Source: the human T2T-CHM13v2.0 reference genome, Homo sapiens
Direction: 5' to 3' (one strand)
Assembly (NCBI RefSeq): GCF_009914755.1
Contig: NC_060947.1
DNA length: 64,000 nucleotides
Below the pieces are notes generated by a model. The model saw only the letters and a list, made by a program, of their open reading frames with translations. It was not told where the DNA came from and ran no database searches. Positions 1 through 13,854 of the stretch are shown here, in pieces (the first letter of the stretch is position 1; each line of letters starts with the position of its first letter). The translations under genes and the position numbers were made by a program.

Positions 1-793
1 TTCTGACCCTTAAACGGGGTGTAAAATAAAAGAATTCATTTGACTTTGATACTTGAAGCATCCGCTTTTAGGAAGCTATATCCAATTTCTGTGGAACCAG
101 TCACGTTACTTGGCTCTATTGGGAATAATATTTACACAATTATAATATGGAAAAGTGTAAATATACATATTTATATAATTTTCACAATCTATAGGTAAAT
201 ATGGACATTTTAACTATATTTAAATTGCAGGATTAATAGGTTATAAATCAACAATTTATTTAAAAAGTTCACATCGACTCAAATAGAGATGTAAAAGGCG
301 GGATAAAGATTGTACTGACTTTCTCATCCGATTTATTAGGGAGTCAATGATTATCATTTAAAATTAGCAAATTAAGAAGTAGGGCTTTATAAAGATAACC
401 AGCAGAAGAATGATAAAACTGATAGGTAGTTAACAGATACTGGAAGATGGAAAGACTTCAGTACGCCACTTAAGCTCAATCGTTCATACTAAAATACAAG
501 TTTAGGAATATTATTTATAGTTATTGTGAAAATCGCCGGCAACAAAAAAGAAAATCACTGGCAACAGAAAACTTATTAAGTAATAAGACTGGTGATGTGA
601 GAAGGGGGTGAATTTTTTAAAACTTTTAATTTAATACATTTTGTACTTTCAAAAATGTATTTCCATGGGCATCTGTTGTTTTCTTTTCTTTATCACCTTT
701 TAATTCCATCCTCCCAAAAGTAACCAATTACAGAATATAAGTAACTAATTATGAAAATGTAATGGTATCCATTCATATCCTTTTTCTACTAAT

Positions 794-824
<31 letters not shown>

Positions 825-846
825 CACACACAAACACACACACACA
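794..846. repeat. Compound (CT)n(CA)n microsatellite
   Basis: Directly visible ctctct...cacaca run. Confidence 0.95.
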
Positions 847-859
847 AATACACCTGATC

Positions 860-2390
860 ACAAAAGTTGTTCTTGCTGCTTTATTTTAAATTCAAATAGG
901 AATATACTATTCTCATTACTCTGCAATTTGATTTTTTAGTCATATAATTTTTGACATATATCCAGATCAACATATACATACAGCTCACTGTTTTTATTAG
1001 CTGCACAATATTCTATTCAATAGAAAGCCTCAAGGTTAATATTCTGTATCTGTTGAGACTTATCAATACCTGTGTTATACTGATTGCTAAATATTTTGAA
1101 TATTACCACCAAATAAACTACAGTTTATTCCACTAATTCACTATTGTACATTCGGGCTACCAAAATGCTGAAAAAAATTACACACACACACACACACACA
1201 CACACATGCATGCATATCTATATCTATATGTACATACATACTAGTACTTTTATTTTTCTTGTAGGCAAAATTCTTAAAAGAGTGATTGCTGGGCCAAACA
1301 ATATGTATATATTTCTTTTATTAGTTATTGCAAGATTTTCTAAGTCATGCATTTCTCAATGTCACCAGCAAAAATGGTTAATTTTTACCATTGGGTAGGT
1401 TTAAACAAAAATTACATTGCTTTAATTTAATTTTCCCTGACCACTCATGATATTGGATATTTTTTTCAAATAAATGTTTGCATTTTTTATTTTCTTCTCT
1501 GAATTGGCTGTTCATAATCTTTATGCATTTTTCTGTTTGGTAATTAGTTGTTTTCTTATTAATAAGCACAAGATCTTTTGGCTAGTCATATTAACTAATT
1601 AACACCAAACTTAGAAAATAATTGAGACATACTTTAAAAAACATTTGTTGTTTGTCTAAAATTCAAATTAAACTGGGATTCCTCAAGACTACTCAGTTTG
1701 TTGTTTGAATTTTATGATATTCTTTCCCAAACTATTAGGGAATTGAATTTGTTAATCATTTTAATGGCTTTTATTTTTCTGTCTTGTTTAAGTAGCTTTT
1801 ACCCTTTCCATAGTCTGAGCATTTCCTAAGTTTTGAGAAATATTTTAATTATTTTACTTGTTACATTTAGTTATCTGTAATTAGTTTTTTGATTATGTCA
1901 AGTAGTGTACTTTTTTCTCAAATGAATAGTCAATTTTTCCAGCACCATTAAGTAAATTATGCTCTGTCAACTGAATTGAAATGTCAAATTTGTCACATTT
2001 TAATTTTCAATATTTCTTAGATATATTTTTACACTATTATGTTCCACAACTAATCTGTCTATTCTTATCCACCTAACTTATGAGTAACTTAGCTATCTGA
2101 TATAGAAGGTCTTAAATCAGTAATTCTATTTTGTTAATTTTAATATAATTTTATTGGCATTTAATGATATTTATTGTTCCATGTAAAATTTATATTATTT
2201 CATTCAATTTTAAAACATTAGAATGAAAAAAATGTGTATATTTAATGTGGAAAAAAATCAAGGTTTTCATGACATTAACGATCCCTCTGAAGAAAAATGC
2301 TATATATTATCATTAATTCTGGTGTTTTTAATGTTGTCCTGCAAGATCTGATTATTTAATCATGTAATGTTTTCTGATATATTTTCACAT
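860..2390 (-). mobile_element. Old, highly diverged L1M (L1ME-like) fragments, with (CA)n at 1180-1206
   Basis: Degenerate antisense L1 ORF2/3' motifs such as ttccagcaccatta and gtgattgctgggcc; boundaries approximate. Confidence 0.5.
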
Positions 2391-2399
2391 ATCTTAAAA

Positions 2400-2935
2400 T
2401 TTACCCCTTTACAGTGTTCTATCCAGAAGTTTTAGTATATTCACAAAGATATACAACCATAACCACTAATTAAAAAATAATTTTTTCACCCCAAGAAAAA
2501 CACCATACCCATTAGCAGCTATTAATTATCCATTCCTCTCTGCCCTCAGTCCTTTACAACCACTAGTCTAATTTCTGTCTCTATGGATTTGCCTATTCTG
2601 GATATTTTATGTAAATTGAATCACATAATATGTGGTATTTTGCTAATGGTTTCCTTCACTTAGCATGTTTTTAAAGTCCATCTTTGTTGCAATATGTATA
2701 AGTACTCGATTTCTGTTTATTGCTGACTAGTATTACACTTCATGACTATATCAAATTTTATTTATTCTTTCCTCAGTTGCTGAGCATTTGGGTTCATTCA
2801 ATTTTTGGATATTATGAATTATATCGCTATGAACATTAATGTACAGGTTTCTGTGTGGACATTTGTTTTCATTCGTTTTGGGTAGCAGTGGAATTGCCAG
2901 GCCATAGGTAAGTCAATGCTTACATTTTAAGGAAT
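2400..2935 (-). mobile_element. L1MB-like 3' end
   Basis: ttttagtatattcaca...caaccactagtctaatttctgtctctatggatttgcctattctgga resembles the antisense L1MB 3' UTR. Confidence 0.75.
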
Positions 2936-3313
2936 GTATTTGTTGTCCTGTATTTACTCATTAAAGAACATAATAGTTAAACAAAAAGGAAAGGAGGGAA
3001 TTCGTTTTTCCTCTGAGACTAATGCCATGCCTTTAACAGTTAATCCCATCATTGTGTTACGGCCTAATTATTTTGATTAGTTCTATGATTAATTTCAGCC
3101 ATTTTAGACACAACTATCATATATTTTATGTGGCTATGATTAAGATGAAAAATACGATGTGAGCATATATTTTAAAATGTCATTCACATGCATTTAGAGT
3201 AAAATTAATGTAAAATAAGGTGAATTAGCTACTAACATAATTTTTTGTTAATGAATCTCTGATACTCAGTCTAGAACTTGGAGAGGTTTTACGTGTTGCT
3301 ATTGTTGCTGCTC

Positions 3314-3640
3314 TTTTATTTTGAAATAATTTTAGACTTAGAGAAAACTAATAAAATCATTAAGAGTTCCTTAATTTCCCTCAGCCAGCTTCCCCTACAA
3401 TTAGCACAACACATAGCAATAGTAAAATGATCAAAACCAATAAATTAACGTTGGTACAATGCTATTAATAAAGTGCAGAACTTACTTCTATTGTACTCGT
3501 GTTTTAACTAATGTGTTTTTTCTCTTCCAAGATTCCTTCTTCTGCTTCATTACCCTCAGCCTGTCAGACTTCGTCAATCTTTCTATGCCTTCCATGACAT
3601 TGACTCTTTTTAAGAACACTGATCAGTTATTTTGACATAT
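3314..3640 (-). mobile_element. L1MC-like 3' fragment
   Basis: ttttattttgaaataattttagactta...cagccagcttcccc...aaattaacgttggtacaat resembles L1MC 3' ends. Confidence 0.6.
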
Positions 3641-4610
3641 ATGTATTTGTTTTTTCTCTTGTAAGTTACAAAACAAAGTTACAAAACAAACCTGATGTCA
3701 CTTGTACTAGGCAAAGCAATACCTTTCATGCATACAGAGAGTTGCAAAAACAAATGATGAAGATCATAAGTCTAAAGAGTATTTATATCTGGAAGTTCTT
3801 CCTTCAGAGTGGAGAAAGACAGAAAGCAATTAAAAATACAGTGTGCTCCCTAATATTTATTCTTGTGCACTCTTCAGAAAATTCAGCCAGAGTATCAGAA
3901 ACTTATTTATTTTATGCATCTGAATTGAACAACTCATGATGGATCTGAATGGATAATGAATAATATTCTCTAAAGATTGAAATATAGTAATTAAACTGAT
4001 TAAAGAATAATTCTTACATTTGAAAAGGAGTAAGAAGTGAATATGAAAATAACCATGTTTGCATTTTCAGAGAATGACTCCTCTTGTTAGATTTATTTCT
4101 CCAAAATAAATTGTAAAGTTAAAGACCTTCAGAGCTCTTTTTAAATGAAATGCCTGTTCCCCGTGAGAAAAATCTTGAGCCACTACTCTGGGCACTGGGC
4201 CAGGTAGTAGCCTCTGATATTTTTGACCTTCCTTTCTTGGAATGGAAATTCTGCCCTACAGGTAAAGCTGGACAAAGGATGACTGGGGCCTCAGTATTCT
4301 CTTCCTACTACACATTGAGTAGAGCCTCTGTCCTATGGAGAAGGGTTAAGAAAGGGAAACCCTGAACTCTCAGCTGTACTCACCAGGAATTTAGCTTCTT
4401 CAAGTTGGACTTTTAGGGAATCAGAAATGCTGATAGACTACCCCTCTCAGTGATATATGGGGGATGCTCTTTATTGGGTGCTCAGAGGAGAATGAGCCCT
4501 GCCTTCCTGGTCCCATCTTCCCAGAATGGTAGTTTAATCAACTTGAGCTGGAGGGTGTGGTGGATCATGACTCAAATGCCACAGACCTCCTCTTTTCATA
4601 ACTTATTTTA

Positions 4611-5346
4611 GTACTATTTTCCTTGGGCGGCTGTAACAAAGTACCACGAAGTATTGCTGACTGAATGCCTTAGAAGAAATGTATTGTCTCACAGGTCTGG
4701 AGACTAGATGTCTGAAATCAAGATGTCAGCAGGGTTATTTCCTTCTGAAAGTTGTGAGAAATAATCAGTTCCATGCCTTTTCTCTCATATTTTGTTTGCT
4801 GAAATCATTGGCATTCGTTGCCATATGGAAGCTTCATCTCAATCTCTGCCTTAGACGTTTTTTGTTTGTTTGTTTTTTGTTTTTGAGACAGTGTCTCACT
4901 CTGCTACCCAGGCTGCAGTGCAGTGGTGCAATCTCGGCTTACTACAGCATTGACCTCCCAGATTTAAGCAATCCTCCCACTTCAGCCTCATAAATAGTTT
5001 GGGCTACAGGTGAGTGCCACTATGCTCAGCTAATTTTTGTTATGTTTGTAAAGATGGGGTTTCACCATGTTGCCCGGGCTGGTCTTGAACTCCTGCGTTC
5101 AAGTGATCCACCCCCCTTAGCCTCCTAAATTGCTGGTAGTGTTTACATGTGTTCTTGTCTGTGTACAAAATCACAATCATTCTTTCAGCAGAGACACAAA
5201 TCATTCTGGATTAGGGGCTGCCCTAATGAATGCATCTTAAGTAATTGCATCTTCAACAACCTTATTCCCAAATACGGTCACATTCTGACGTATGGGTGTT
5301 GTCTTACACCTATGAATTTTAGGAGAAGACAATTTAATCTATAACA
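4611..5346 (-). mobile_element. MLT1 (ERVL-MaLR) solo LTR interrupted by an Alu
   Basis: ggctgtaacaaagtaccac...tgtctgaaatcaagatgtcagcaggg and ttcccaaatacggtcacattctga...tataaca on either side of the Alu. Confidence 0.75.
4858..5136 (-). mobile_element. AluJ-like SINE, slightly 5'-truncated
   Basis: T-rich tail then gagacagtgtctcactctg..., dimeric structure, high divergence. Confidence 0.9.
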
Positions 5347-6427
5347 ATATATTTTCACGAATTAATGCTTCCTCATTTGCTGTATACTTTTATGACAATT
5401 TCTAGAAAGTTGAAATTGTTATTTATTTTCATAATTTTCAGCAGCCTTGTTTGTTTCACAGGGGAATGCATCCACAGAGCTCCACATGCTACCTCCCTGG
5501 AAATAAAGTTCTGTGGAACAAAATTTTAGGGAGAAAACATGACTTACACAATTTAGAAAAAATAATTAATACTTCAAGATTTAACAAAAAAGACATTTGG
5601 GAAATATTTCATTAATAAGGAAATGTTTCACCACACTCTTTGATCATTACAGTTAATTAAGGTTTTGTTGTATCCATCTAAACATTTCTACAAACATCAA
5701 ACATGAAAGGCATCTATTTGATGAGCCTTTTCAGTTGGGCTTATTGATAGAGTTATGTGGTTAAGAGGTAGAACAGAACATTCCATCCAACCGACCGTCA
5801 CAATTATCAGAAACTAAATCTGCCCTCTTAAGTTTCCACGGTTAATGCGTATTTTTATTCACCATGCTGTGCTACATGACATGATTGAATTATTCTTCAC
5901 TCACAGAATTAGTCTTCATTTAACAATAAAGTTAATCTATTGTCTACTGTTAATGTTCAACAATAGCTTAGATTTCTTTATATTAAATCATAATTGTGTC
6001 TCCAAGATGAGCTTTTCAGAAGAAAACATGTATTACAAATTCCATAGAACATGGTAAATTACTGTAATGACCCCAAATCAATTATAACAAAGCTACGTAT
6101 ATGTTTATCATCTTTTTGAGACACAGCCACTATATATTTGCTTTATTTCTGTAAACTATTGTAAGATTTTTGATATTTGTCAAGATAAATTAATACAATG
6201 ATTCTAATTTTAAAAAAACAGTACATCAGGGGAAAAGTATCACCATCCAGCATTGCATAGTTGCTTTAAAATATTTGATAAAACATGTTAAAATAATATT
6301 CAAGACTGACCTATATGTGGGCATTGTAAATATAAATGACTACATTTGGCAATATTGTAAAGCCTCTTACTCTAAAGTGTTTTCAAATATATTTTCTTTT
6401 ACATAATTTCACTGTAATTGATGGCTC

Positions 6428-6749
6428 TGTGGTACATTGCAGTAATAGCAACAAAAATGTTACAGCTTCTTAAGTCAAGTGGTAGGGACTATTTTTCAAT
6501 CCTTTGAATAAAGGATGGTCATGTGCCTTCTACGATCCCAGAAAACATTAGCAAATACAACATAAGCAGAAAGTTAAAAAGCATTGTCACATTAGGTCTT
6601 GTTTTCTTGCTGTATTTGGAATCCTGAGACTTCCATATGAAGAAGCTAGAACTAGGAAACTATACATACATACATACATATACACACACACACACACACA
6701 CACACTTCAGTAAACAGTCTGTCAGCTACCACACATGCGAGTGAGATCA
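6428..6749 (+). mobile_element. Old MLT1 LTR, 5' part, with (TACA)n(CA)n at ~6661-6705; split by an L1
   Basis: tgtgg start and MLT1-like body; apparent continuation at 13855-14061. Confidence 0.55.
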
Positions 6750-9700
6750 TTTATTTTTATTTTTTAATTTTTATTTTAGATTCAGTGCACATGTGCAGGA
6801 TTGTTATATAGGTAAATTGCCTGTCACAGAGTTTTGGTGTAAAGATTATTTGTCACCCAAAGAGTAGGCATAATAACTCATAGGTAGTTTTCCAATCCTC
6901 TACCCTCAAGTAGGCCCCAATGTCTGTTGTTCCATTCTTTGTGTCCATGTGTACCCAATGTTTAGTTTCTACTTATAAGTGAGAACATCCAGTATTTGGT
7001 TTTCTGTTCTTGCATTAGTTCTCTTAGGATAATGGCTCCCGGCTCCATCCATGTTGCTGCAATGGACATGATCTCATTTTTTATGGCTTCATAGTATTCC
7101 CTGGTATATATGTACTACATTTTCTTTATCTAGTCTACCATTGATGGGCATTTAGGTTGATTTAGTGTCCTTGCTGTTGAGAATAGTGCTGTAATAAACA
7201 TACGTGTGCGTGTGTCTTTATGGTAGAACGATTTATATTGCTTTGGGTATATACCCAGTAATGGAATTGTTTCATCAAATGGTAATTCTGTTTTAAGTAC
7301 TTTGAGAAAGTTCCAAGTTGCTTTCCACAATGGCTGAACTAATTTACATTCTCACTGGCAGTGTATTAACGTTCCCTTTTCTCTGCAACATCACCAGCAT
7401 CTGTTATTGCTCGAATTTTTAATAACAGCCATTCTCAATGATGTGAGATGGAATCTCACTATGGTTTTAATTTGCATTTTTCTTATGATTAGTGATGTTG
7501 AGCATTTTTTCCTATGCTTGTTGACTGAGCGTATGTCTTCTTTTGAAAAGTGAGTGTTCATGTCCTTTGTCTGCTTTGTAATGGGGTTGTTTGCTTTTTG
7601 CTTGTGACACTGTTTAAGTTCCTTATACATTCTGGATATTAGATACTTGTTGGATGCAGTTTGCAAATATTTTCTCCCATTCTGTAGGTTGTCTGTTTAC
7701 TTGTTGATAGCTTATTTTGCTGTGCAGAAGCTCTTTAGTTTAATTAAGTCCCATTTGTCAATGTTGCTTTTGTTGAAATTGTTTTGGGCATCTTTGTCAT
7801 GAAATGGATGCCAGGGCCTATTTACACAATAGTACTTCCTAGATTAGCTTCCAGGATTTTTATATTTTTAGGCTTTACATTTAAGTCTTTAATCCATCTT
7901 GAGGTGATTTTTGTGTACGGTTTAAGGAAGGGGTCCAATTTCAATCTTCTGCAAATGGCGAGCCACTAATCCCAGCACCATTCACTGACTAGAGAGTTCT
8001 TTCCCCATTGTTTGTTTTTGTCGACTTTGTCAAAGATCAGGTGGTTGTATGTGTGAGGCATTATTTCTGGGCTCTCCATTCTGTTCCACTGGTCTACGTG
8101 TTTGTTTTTGTGCCAGTACCATGGTGTTTTGTTTACTGTAGCCTTGTAGTACAGTTTGAAGTCAGGTAATGTGTTGTGTCTGGCTTTATTATTTTTGCTT
8201 AGGATTGCCTTAGCTATTCAGGCTCTTTTTTGGTTCCATATGAATTTTAAAATTTTTTTTAATTGCGTGAAGAATGTCATCAGTACTTTGATAGGAATAT
8301 CATTGGATCTGCTTTGAGTCGTATGGCTATTTTAATGATATAGATTCTTCCCATCAATGAGCATGGAATATTTTTCCATTTGTTTGTTTCATCTCTGATT
8401 TTCTTCGGCAATATTTTTTAATTCTCATAGTGGAGATCTTTTTCCTCCCTTGTTACCTGTATTGCTAGGTATTTTATTCTTTTGTGACAACTGTGAATAG
8501 GAATGCATTCTTTATTTGCCTCTCAGCTTGGATGTTGTGGATGTACAGAAATGCTACTCATTTTTGTACATTGATTTTGTATCTTAAAACTTTGCTGAAG
8601 TTGTTTATCAAATCTAGGAGCATTTGGTCAGAGACTATGAGGTTTTCTAGATATAGATTTATACAGTCTGCAAAGAGAGAGAGTTTGGCTTTCTCACTTC
8701 CTATATGGATGCATTTTATTTCTTTCTCTTGTCTGATTGCTCCAACTAGGACATCTAGTACTCTGTTGAATAGAAGTGGTGAGAGTGAGCATTATTGTAT
8801 TAATCTGGTTCTCAAGGGGAATGCTTCCAGCTTTTGCCCATTCAGTATGATGTGGCTATGGATTGGTCATAGATAGCTCTATTTATTTTGAGGTATGTTC
8901 CTCCAATTCCTAGTTTGTTGAGGGTTTTTAACATGAAGGGATGTTGAATTTTATAGAAAGCATTTTCTGCATCTATGGAGATGATTGGGTGGTTTTTGTT
9001 TTTAGTTCTGTTTATGTGATGAATCACATTTATTGATTTGTGTATGTTGAACTAACCTTGAATTTCAGGAATAAATCCTACTTGATAGTGGTAAATTAGC
9101 TTTTTGATATGCTGCTGGATTTGGTTTGCTAGAATTTTATTGGGGAATTTTGCATCTATGTTCATCAAAGATATTTGTTGTGTTTCTACAAGGTTTGGAA
9201 TAGGTATGATGCTGGCCTCCTCCTTCTCTGTGATTTTTTGGAATAGTTTCATTAGGAACAGTACCAGCTCTTCTTTACACATCTGGTAGAATTTGGCTAT
9301 GTATCCTTCTGGTCCTGGGGTTTTTCTGGTAGGGAGGCTTTTTTATTACTGATTCAATTTCAGAACTCATTATTGGTCTGTTCAGGGATTCAATTTTTCC
9401 TGGTTCAATCTCGGGAGGTTTTATGCTTTCAGAAATTAATCAATTTTTTCTAGGTTTTCTAGTTTGTGTGCATAGAGGTGTTCATAATAGTCTCTGAGTT
9501 TTTTTATTTTTATTTTTTTGCATTTGTGTGTGGTCAGTGGTGATGTCCCCTTTGTCATTTCTCATTGTGTTTATTTGGATTGTCTATTTTTATTAGTCTA
9601 ACTAGCTGTCAATCTCATTTATTATTTATTTAAAAACACCTCATGGATTTGTTGATCTTTTGTATGGTTTTTCATGTCTCAATTTCCTTCAGTTCAGCTA

Positions 9701-9804
9701 TAATTTGGATGTTTCTTGTCTTCTGCTATCTTTGGGGTTGGTTTGCTCTTGTTTCCCTATTTTCTCTAGGGGTAATGTTAGGTGGTTAATTTGAAATCTT
9801 TAAA

Positions 9805-9807
<3 letters not shown>

Positions 9808-9852
<45 letters not shown>
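9808..9852. repeat. (TG)n microsatellite of about 22 units inside L1 ORF2
   Basis: Direct. Confidence 0.95.
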
Positions 9853-9856
<4 letters not shown>

Positions 9857-10068
9857 TGGGCATTTAGCACTATAAAATCCCCTTTTAATACTGCTTTAGA
9901 TGTGTCCTAGAAATTCTGGTATGTTGTATATTTTTTCTTACTAGTTTCAAATAATTTCTTGATTTCTGCCTTCATTTTATCATTTTCATAAAAGTCATTC
10001 AGAAGCAGTTTGTTTAATTTCCATGCAATTATATGCTTTTGAGGGATTTTCTCAGTTTTGATTTATAC

Positions 10069-10310
10069 TTTTTAAACATGTTTAAATATTCAATGTATTG
10101 GTTTTAAGTACATTTATATTGTTTTGCAACCTTCATCACCATCCATCACCACTACTTTCTTATTTTTGAAAATTGAAACAATGTTCCCATTAGACAGTAA
10201 CTCCTCATTCCCCTCTTCCAGCCCTTGGCAACTACCATTCTACATTTTCTCTTTATGAAATTTGACTACTTTAGATATCTAATCCATATTGTAGCATGTG
10301 TCAGAATGTC
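10069..10310 (-). mobile_element. L1MB-like 3' UTR fragment (candidate 3'-transduced flank)
   Basis: cagtaactcctcattcccctcttccagcccttggcaactaccattcta...gtagcatgtgtcagaat is the old L1MB 3' end, sitting inside a younger L1PA. Confidence 0.7.
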
Positions 10311-11143
10311 CTTTTTTTTTTATTTTACTTTACGTTCCGGGATACATGTGCAGAACAAACAAGTTTGTTACATAGGTATACATGCGCCATGGTGGTTTAT
10401 CGCACCTATCAACTCGTCATCTAGGTTTTACGTCCTGCATTTATTAGGTGTTTTTCCTAATGCTCTCCCTAAACAGGCCCTGGTGTGTGTTATTCTCCTC
10501 TCTGTGTCCATGTGTTCTCATTGTTCAACTCCCACTTATGAGTGAGAACATGCGGTGTTGTTTTCTGTTCCTGTGTTAGTTTGCTGAGGATGATGGTTTC
10601 CAGCTTCATCCATGTTCCTGCAAAGGACATGATCTCATTCTTTTTTATGGCTGAATAGTATTCCATGGTGTTTACATACCACATTTTCTTTATCCGGTCT
10701 TTCATTGATGGGCATTTCGGTTATTTCCATGTCTTTGCTATTGTGAATAGTGCTGCAATAAACATACTTGTGCATGTGTGTCTATAGTAGAAGGATTTAT
10801 ATTTCTTTGGGTATATACCCAGTAATGGGATTGTGGGGTGAAATGGTATTTCTGATTCTAGATACTTGAGGAATAGCCACACTTTCTTCCACAATGGTTG
10901 AACTAATTTACATTCCCGCCAATAGTGTAAAAGTGTTCCTATTTCTCCACAGCCTTGCCAGCATCTATTGTTTTCTGACTTTCTAATAATTGCCATTCTG
11001 ACTAGCGTGAGATGGTATCGCATGGTGATTTTGAGTTGCATTTCTCTAACGATCAGTGATGATGAACTTTTTTCATATGTTTGTTGGCCACATAAATGCC
11101 TTCTTTTGAGAAGTGTCTGTTCATATTCTTTGCCCACTTTTTC
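10311..11143 (-). mobile_element. 5'-truncated L1PA8-like 3' end (~830 bp)
   Basis: T-tail, gtcatctaggtttta motif, ORF2 C-terminal ORFs 10490-10705 and 10721-11137 ([13 protein letters not shown]). Confidence 0.88.
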
Positions 11144-13854
11144 TGATTTCCGTATTTATTGCACCATGGTCTGAGATTATGTTTGATATGAATTTTTTAT
11201 TTGCTGAAAATTGTTTTGTCTGATTGTGTTGTTGATTTTATAGTATGTGCCATTCGAATATGAGATGTATGCATGTTTTGAATGGAGAGTTCTTTAGATG
11301 CCTGCTAGCTCCATTAGGTCAAATGTCAAGTTTAGGTCTCGAATATCTTTGCTAGTTTTCTATTTCGATTATCTCTCTAATAGTGTCAGTGGGGTGTTGA
11401 AGTCTCACACTATTATTGTGTGGTTATGTAAGTCTCTTCATAGGTCTCTAAAAACTTGCTTTATAAATCTGAGTGCTCCTGTATTGGTGCATATATTTTT
11501 AGGATAGTTAAGTCTTCTTGTTGAATTGAATACTTTATCATCATATAATGACCTTCTATGTCTTTTTGATCATTATTGGTTTAATGACTGTTTTGTCTGA
11601 AATTAGAATAGCAACCCCTACTTTTTTTCTGTTTTTTTGTTTGCTCGGCATATGTTTCTCTTTCGCTTTATGTTCAGCCTATCTGTGTCATTGGATGTGA
11701 GATGGGTTTCTTAAAGACAGTATACAGTTGGATCTTGACTCTTTATCCAACTTGCCACTCTAAGCCTTTTAATTGGGGCATTTAGTCCATTTACATTCAA
11801 AGTTAATATGATTTGTATGGGTTTGATTGTGTCATCATGTTCTTAACTGGTTATTATGCAGACTTGATTGTGTGCTTGCTTTATAGTGTCAATGGTCTAT
11901 GTACTTAATTCTGTAATTGTGTAGCGTTCTTCAAGTGAGATTTTTTAGCTCTATCAGATCAGTTTGGTTCTTTCCTAAAAATGATCATTTCGTGTTTCAT
12001 CTCCTGTACTGTTTTATTGTATTCCTTGGATTGGGTTTTGACTTTCTCCTGAATTTCAGTGTTCTTCATTCCTCTCCATATTCTGAATTCTCTTCTGTCA
12101 TTTTAGTCATTTTAGCCTGGTTAAAACCATTGCTGGGGAACTATTGCAATCATTTGAAGGTGAGAAGACATTCCAGCTTTTTCAGTTTCCAGAGTGAGTT
12201 CTTATGCTAATTCTTTCTTATCTGTGCAGGCTAATGTTCCTTCACTCTGGGAAGTTGCTATCCTTTGATTTTTTTTTTTTTTTTGCTTTTATCTTATTTT
12301 AGGCCCTTGCGGGTTTGATTGTGGTGTAGGGTGGGTTCAGTTGACTAGCTTCGTGCCTGGAAGATATTTAAGGGTTCAAGGCTCAGCTCAGGGTTCCAGG
12401 ACTGCATGCTATAATTCTGGGGTCTGGTATCAGGCCCCCAGCTTTGTTCTCTGACCCCTCAAAATTAAGAACCTGCTGTGCTAGAGGGGCCAAAGTCTTC
12501 CCAGTCCACTTATCGCAACACTCTGGTGGGTGGTGCCAACCAAAGTGCTTTGTTGGGGCAGTGGCAATGGGAGCCATGCTTGCTCACATGTGTCAGCCAC
12601 CGCAGAAGTGAGGCAAGGTACATGCATGTTGACAGTAGTAGGGTCCAGGTAGGAGCAGGGCTGAGGCATTCCTGTGTGTTCCTGTGCCGGTGGTAGCAGG
12701 GTCATAATGGCATAAGTGGAACACTTTTGTGGAAAGTATTGATGGTGTCTGTGTTTGCATTTGTGCTGGTGGCAGTGGCAGCAGGTGCAGGACACTGGCA
12801 AGTGCCAAGCTGCTGGCCTCTGTGTGTGCATTTGCACCAGTGGCAGTGGCAGTGTGAAGGGGCAGGGTCACTGGCATTAGTGTTTTCTTTGCGCTGCCAA
12901 TCACAGCAGAGCCTAGATACCTACCTGCATGTCAGTGGGGGATGGTGTAGTGGGATGTGCTCACACAGGCAGTAGTGATATGGCAGACTGGGCATGCACA
13001 TGTACACTGGCCAGGGATTGGAGGTGAGGTCTGCCTATGTGCACTGGGAAACCAGTGGGTGAGGTGTCTGTGGATGAGTGTGTGCTGGCTAAGTGGTGTG
13101 GCAGAAGCTACAGTGAGGGAAGCGTGTGTGGATCGGCTGGTGTGTGTTGGCTGGGGTCTTTCTGCTGGAGCTCTCCAACAGTCAGGCATGGTCTGCTGGT
13201 AAAGCAGCTATACTGAAGGCTCTTGGGAAGCACCCTGGTTGGGCATCCGGGTTTGTGCTGCAAGCAGACACGGCCAGGCTGGGATCTGAAGAGAGGCTAG
13301 CGAACATGGAGACAATGAGTTAAGACTGGGCCTGTCTCGCGGGCAGGAACACTCTGCTCTTTCCAGGTCCAACAGTTACCCTAAGGCTAGCATCTCCTAA
13401 AGGAGCATGACAAGCCTTGGGGGATGAAGGTCCCTCGCTGTGCTCCACTGCAGATGTTTCTACACCAAACCATCTGGACTCTACACAGGCTGGAGTCCTG
13501 CCCCTATCACCTGTCTAAGCAACTCTCCCTGTCAGCTCAACTGTCCATGGGGGTTGTGCAGTTTCCTGCTGCTAGGATTCTGGAGATACATGGGGAGAGG
13601 GTGGCACTCCTCCCCGTTCAACTCACCCTTTTCCCAGGAGCTGCAGGGGCCAGGAACAAGTCCTGGTGCTCAGCAGCACCATGCAGGCTTCCCAGTGTCC
13701 TCTCCCTTCAGCCCAGCGTCTGCACCCTCCCTCTGTCCACTCTCAATTCCTCTGAAGATCTGCTTGGAATGTGCCAGTCTTCTCAATGTCCCAGTGTCTC
13801 AGTGACAGATGTTCCTCCTGGCTGCATCTAGTTGGCCATTTTTTTTCTTAATAT

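Larger units (their letters stand above)
6750..13845 (-). mobile_element. Near-full-length degenerate L1PA15/16-like LINE-1 with internal deletions (most of ORF1 lost at ~11910) and a nested insertion at 10069-11143
   Basis: Poly-T tail at 6750; ORF2 fragments 7130-7330, 7391-7666, 8842-9027 and 9052-9282; GC-rich 5' UTR ~12380-13840 ending cctggctgcatctagttggccat. Confidence 0.9.

Noticed and set aside
3665-3690. 13-bp tandem duplication gttacaaaacaaa; also aaaatactt x2 at ~17296
   Set aside because: Ordinary slippage micro-duplications.
4071-4261. Possible exon (ttttcag...ctacag|gtaaag)
   Set aside because: No recognisable protein and it adjoins old repeat sequence; such splice-like motifs occur by chance.
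11900-11925. ORF1 deletion of roughly 700 bp as a possible spliced L1 integrant
   Set aside because: The junction does not show clean GT-AG boundaries by eye; ordinary deletion is sufficient.
12383-13831. Cluster of overlapping GC-rich ORFs resembling a gene or CpG island
   Set aside because: It lies in the L1 5' UTR; the ORFs reflect stop-poor composition and CpG is depleted.
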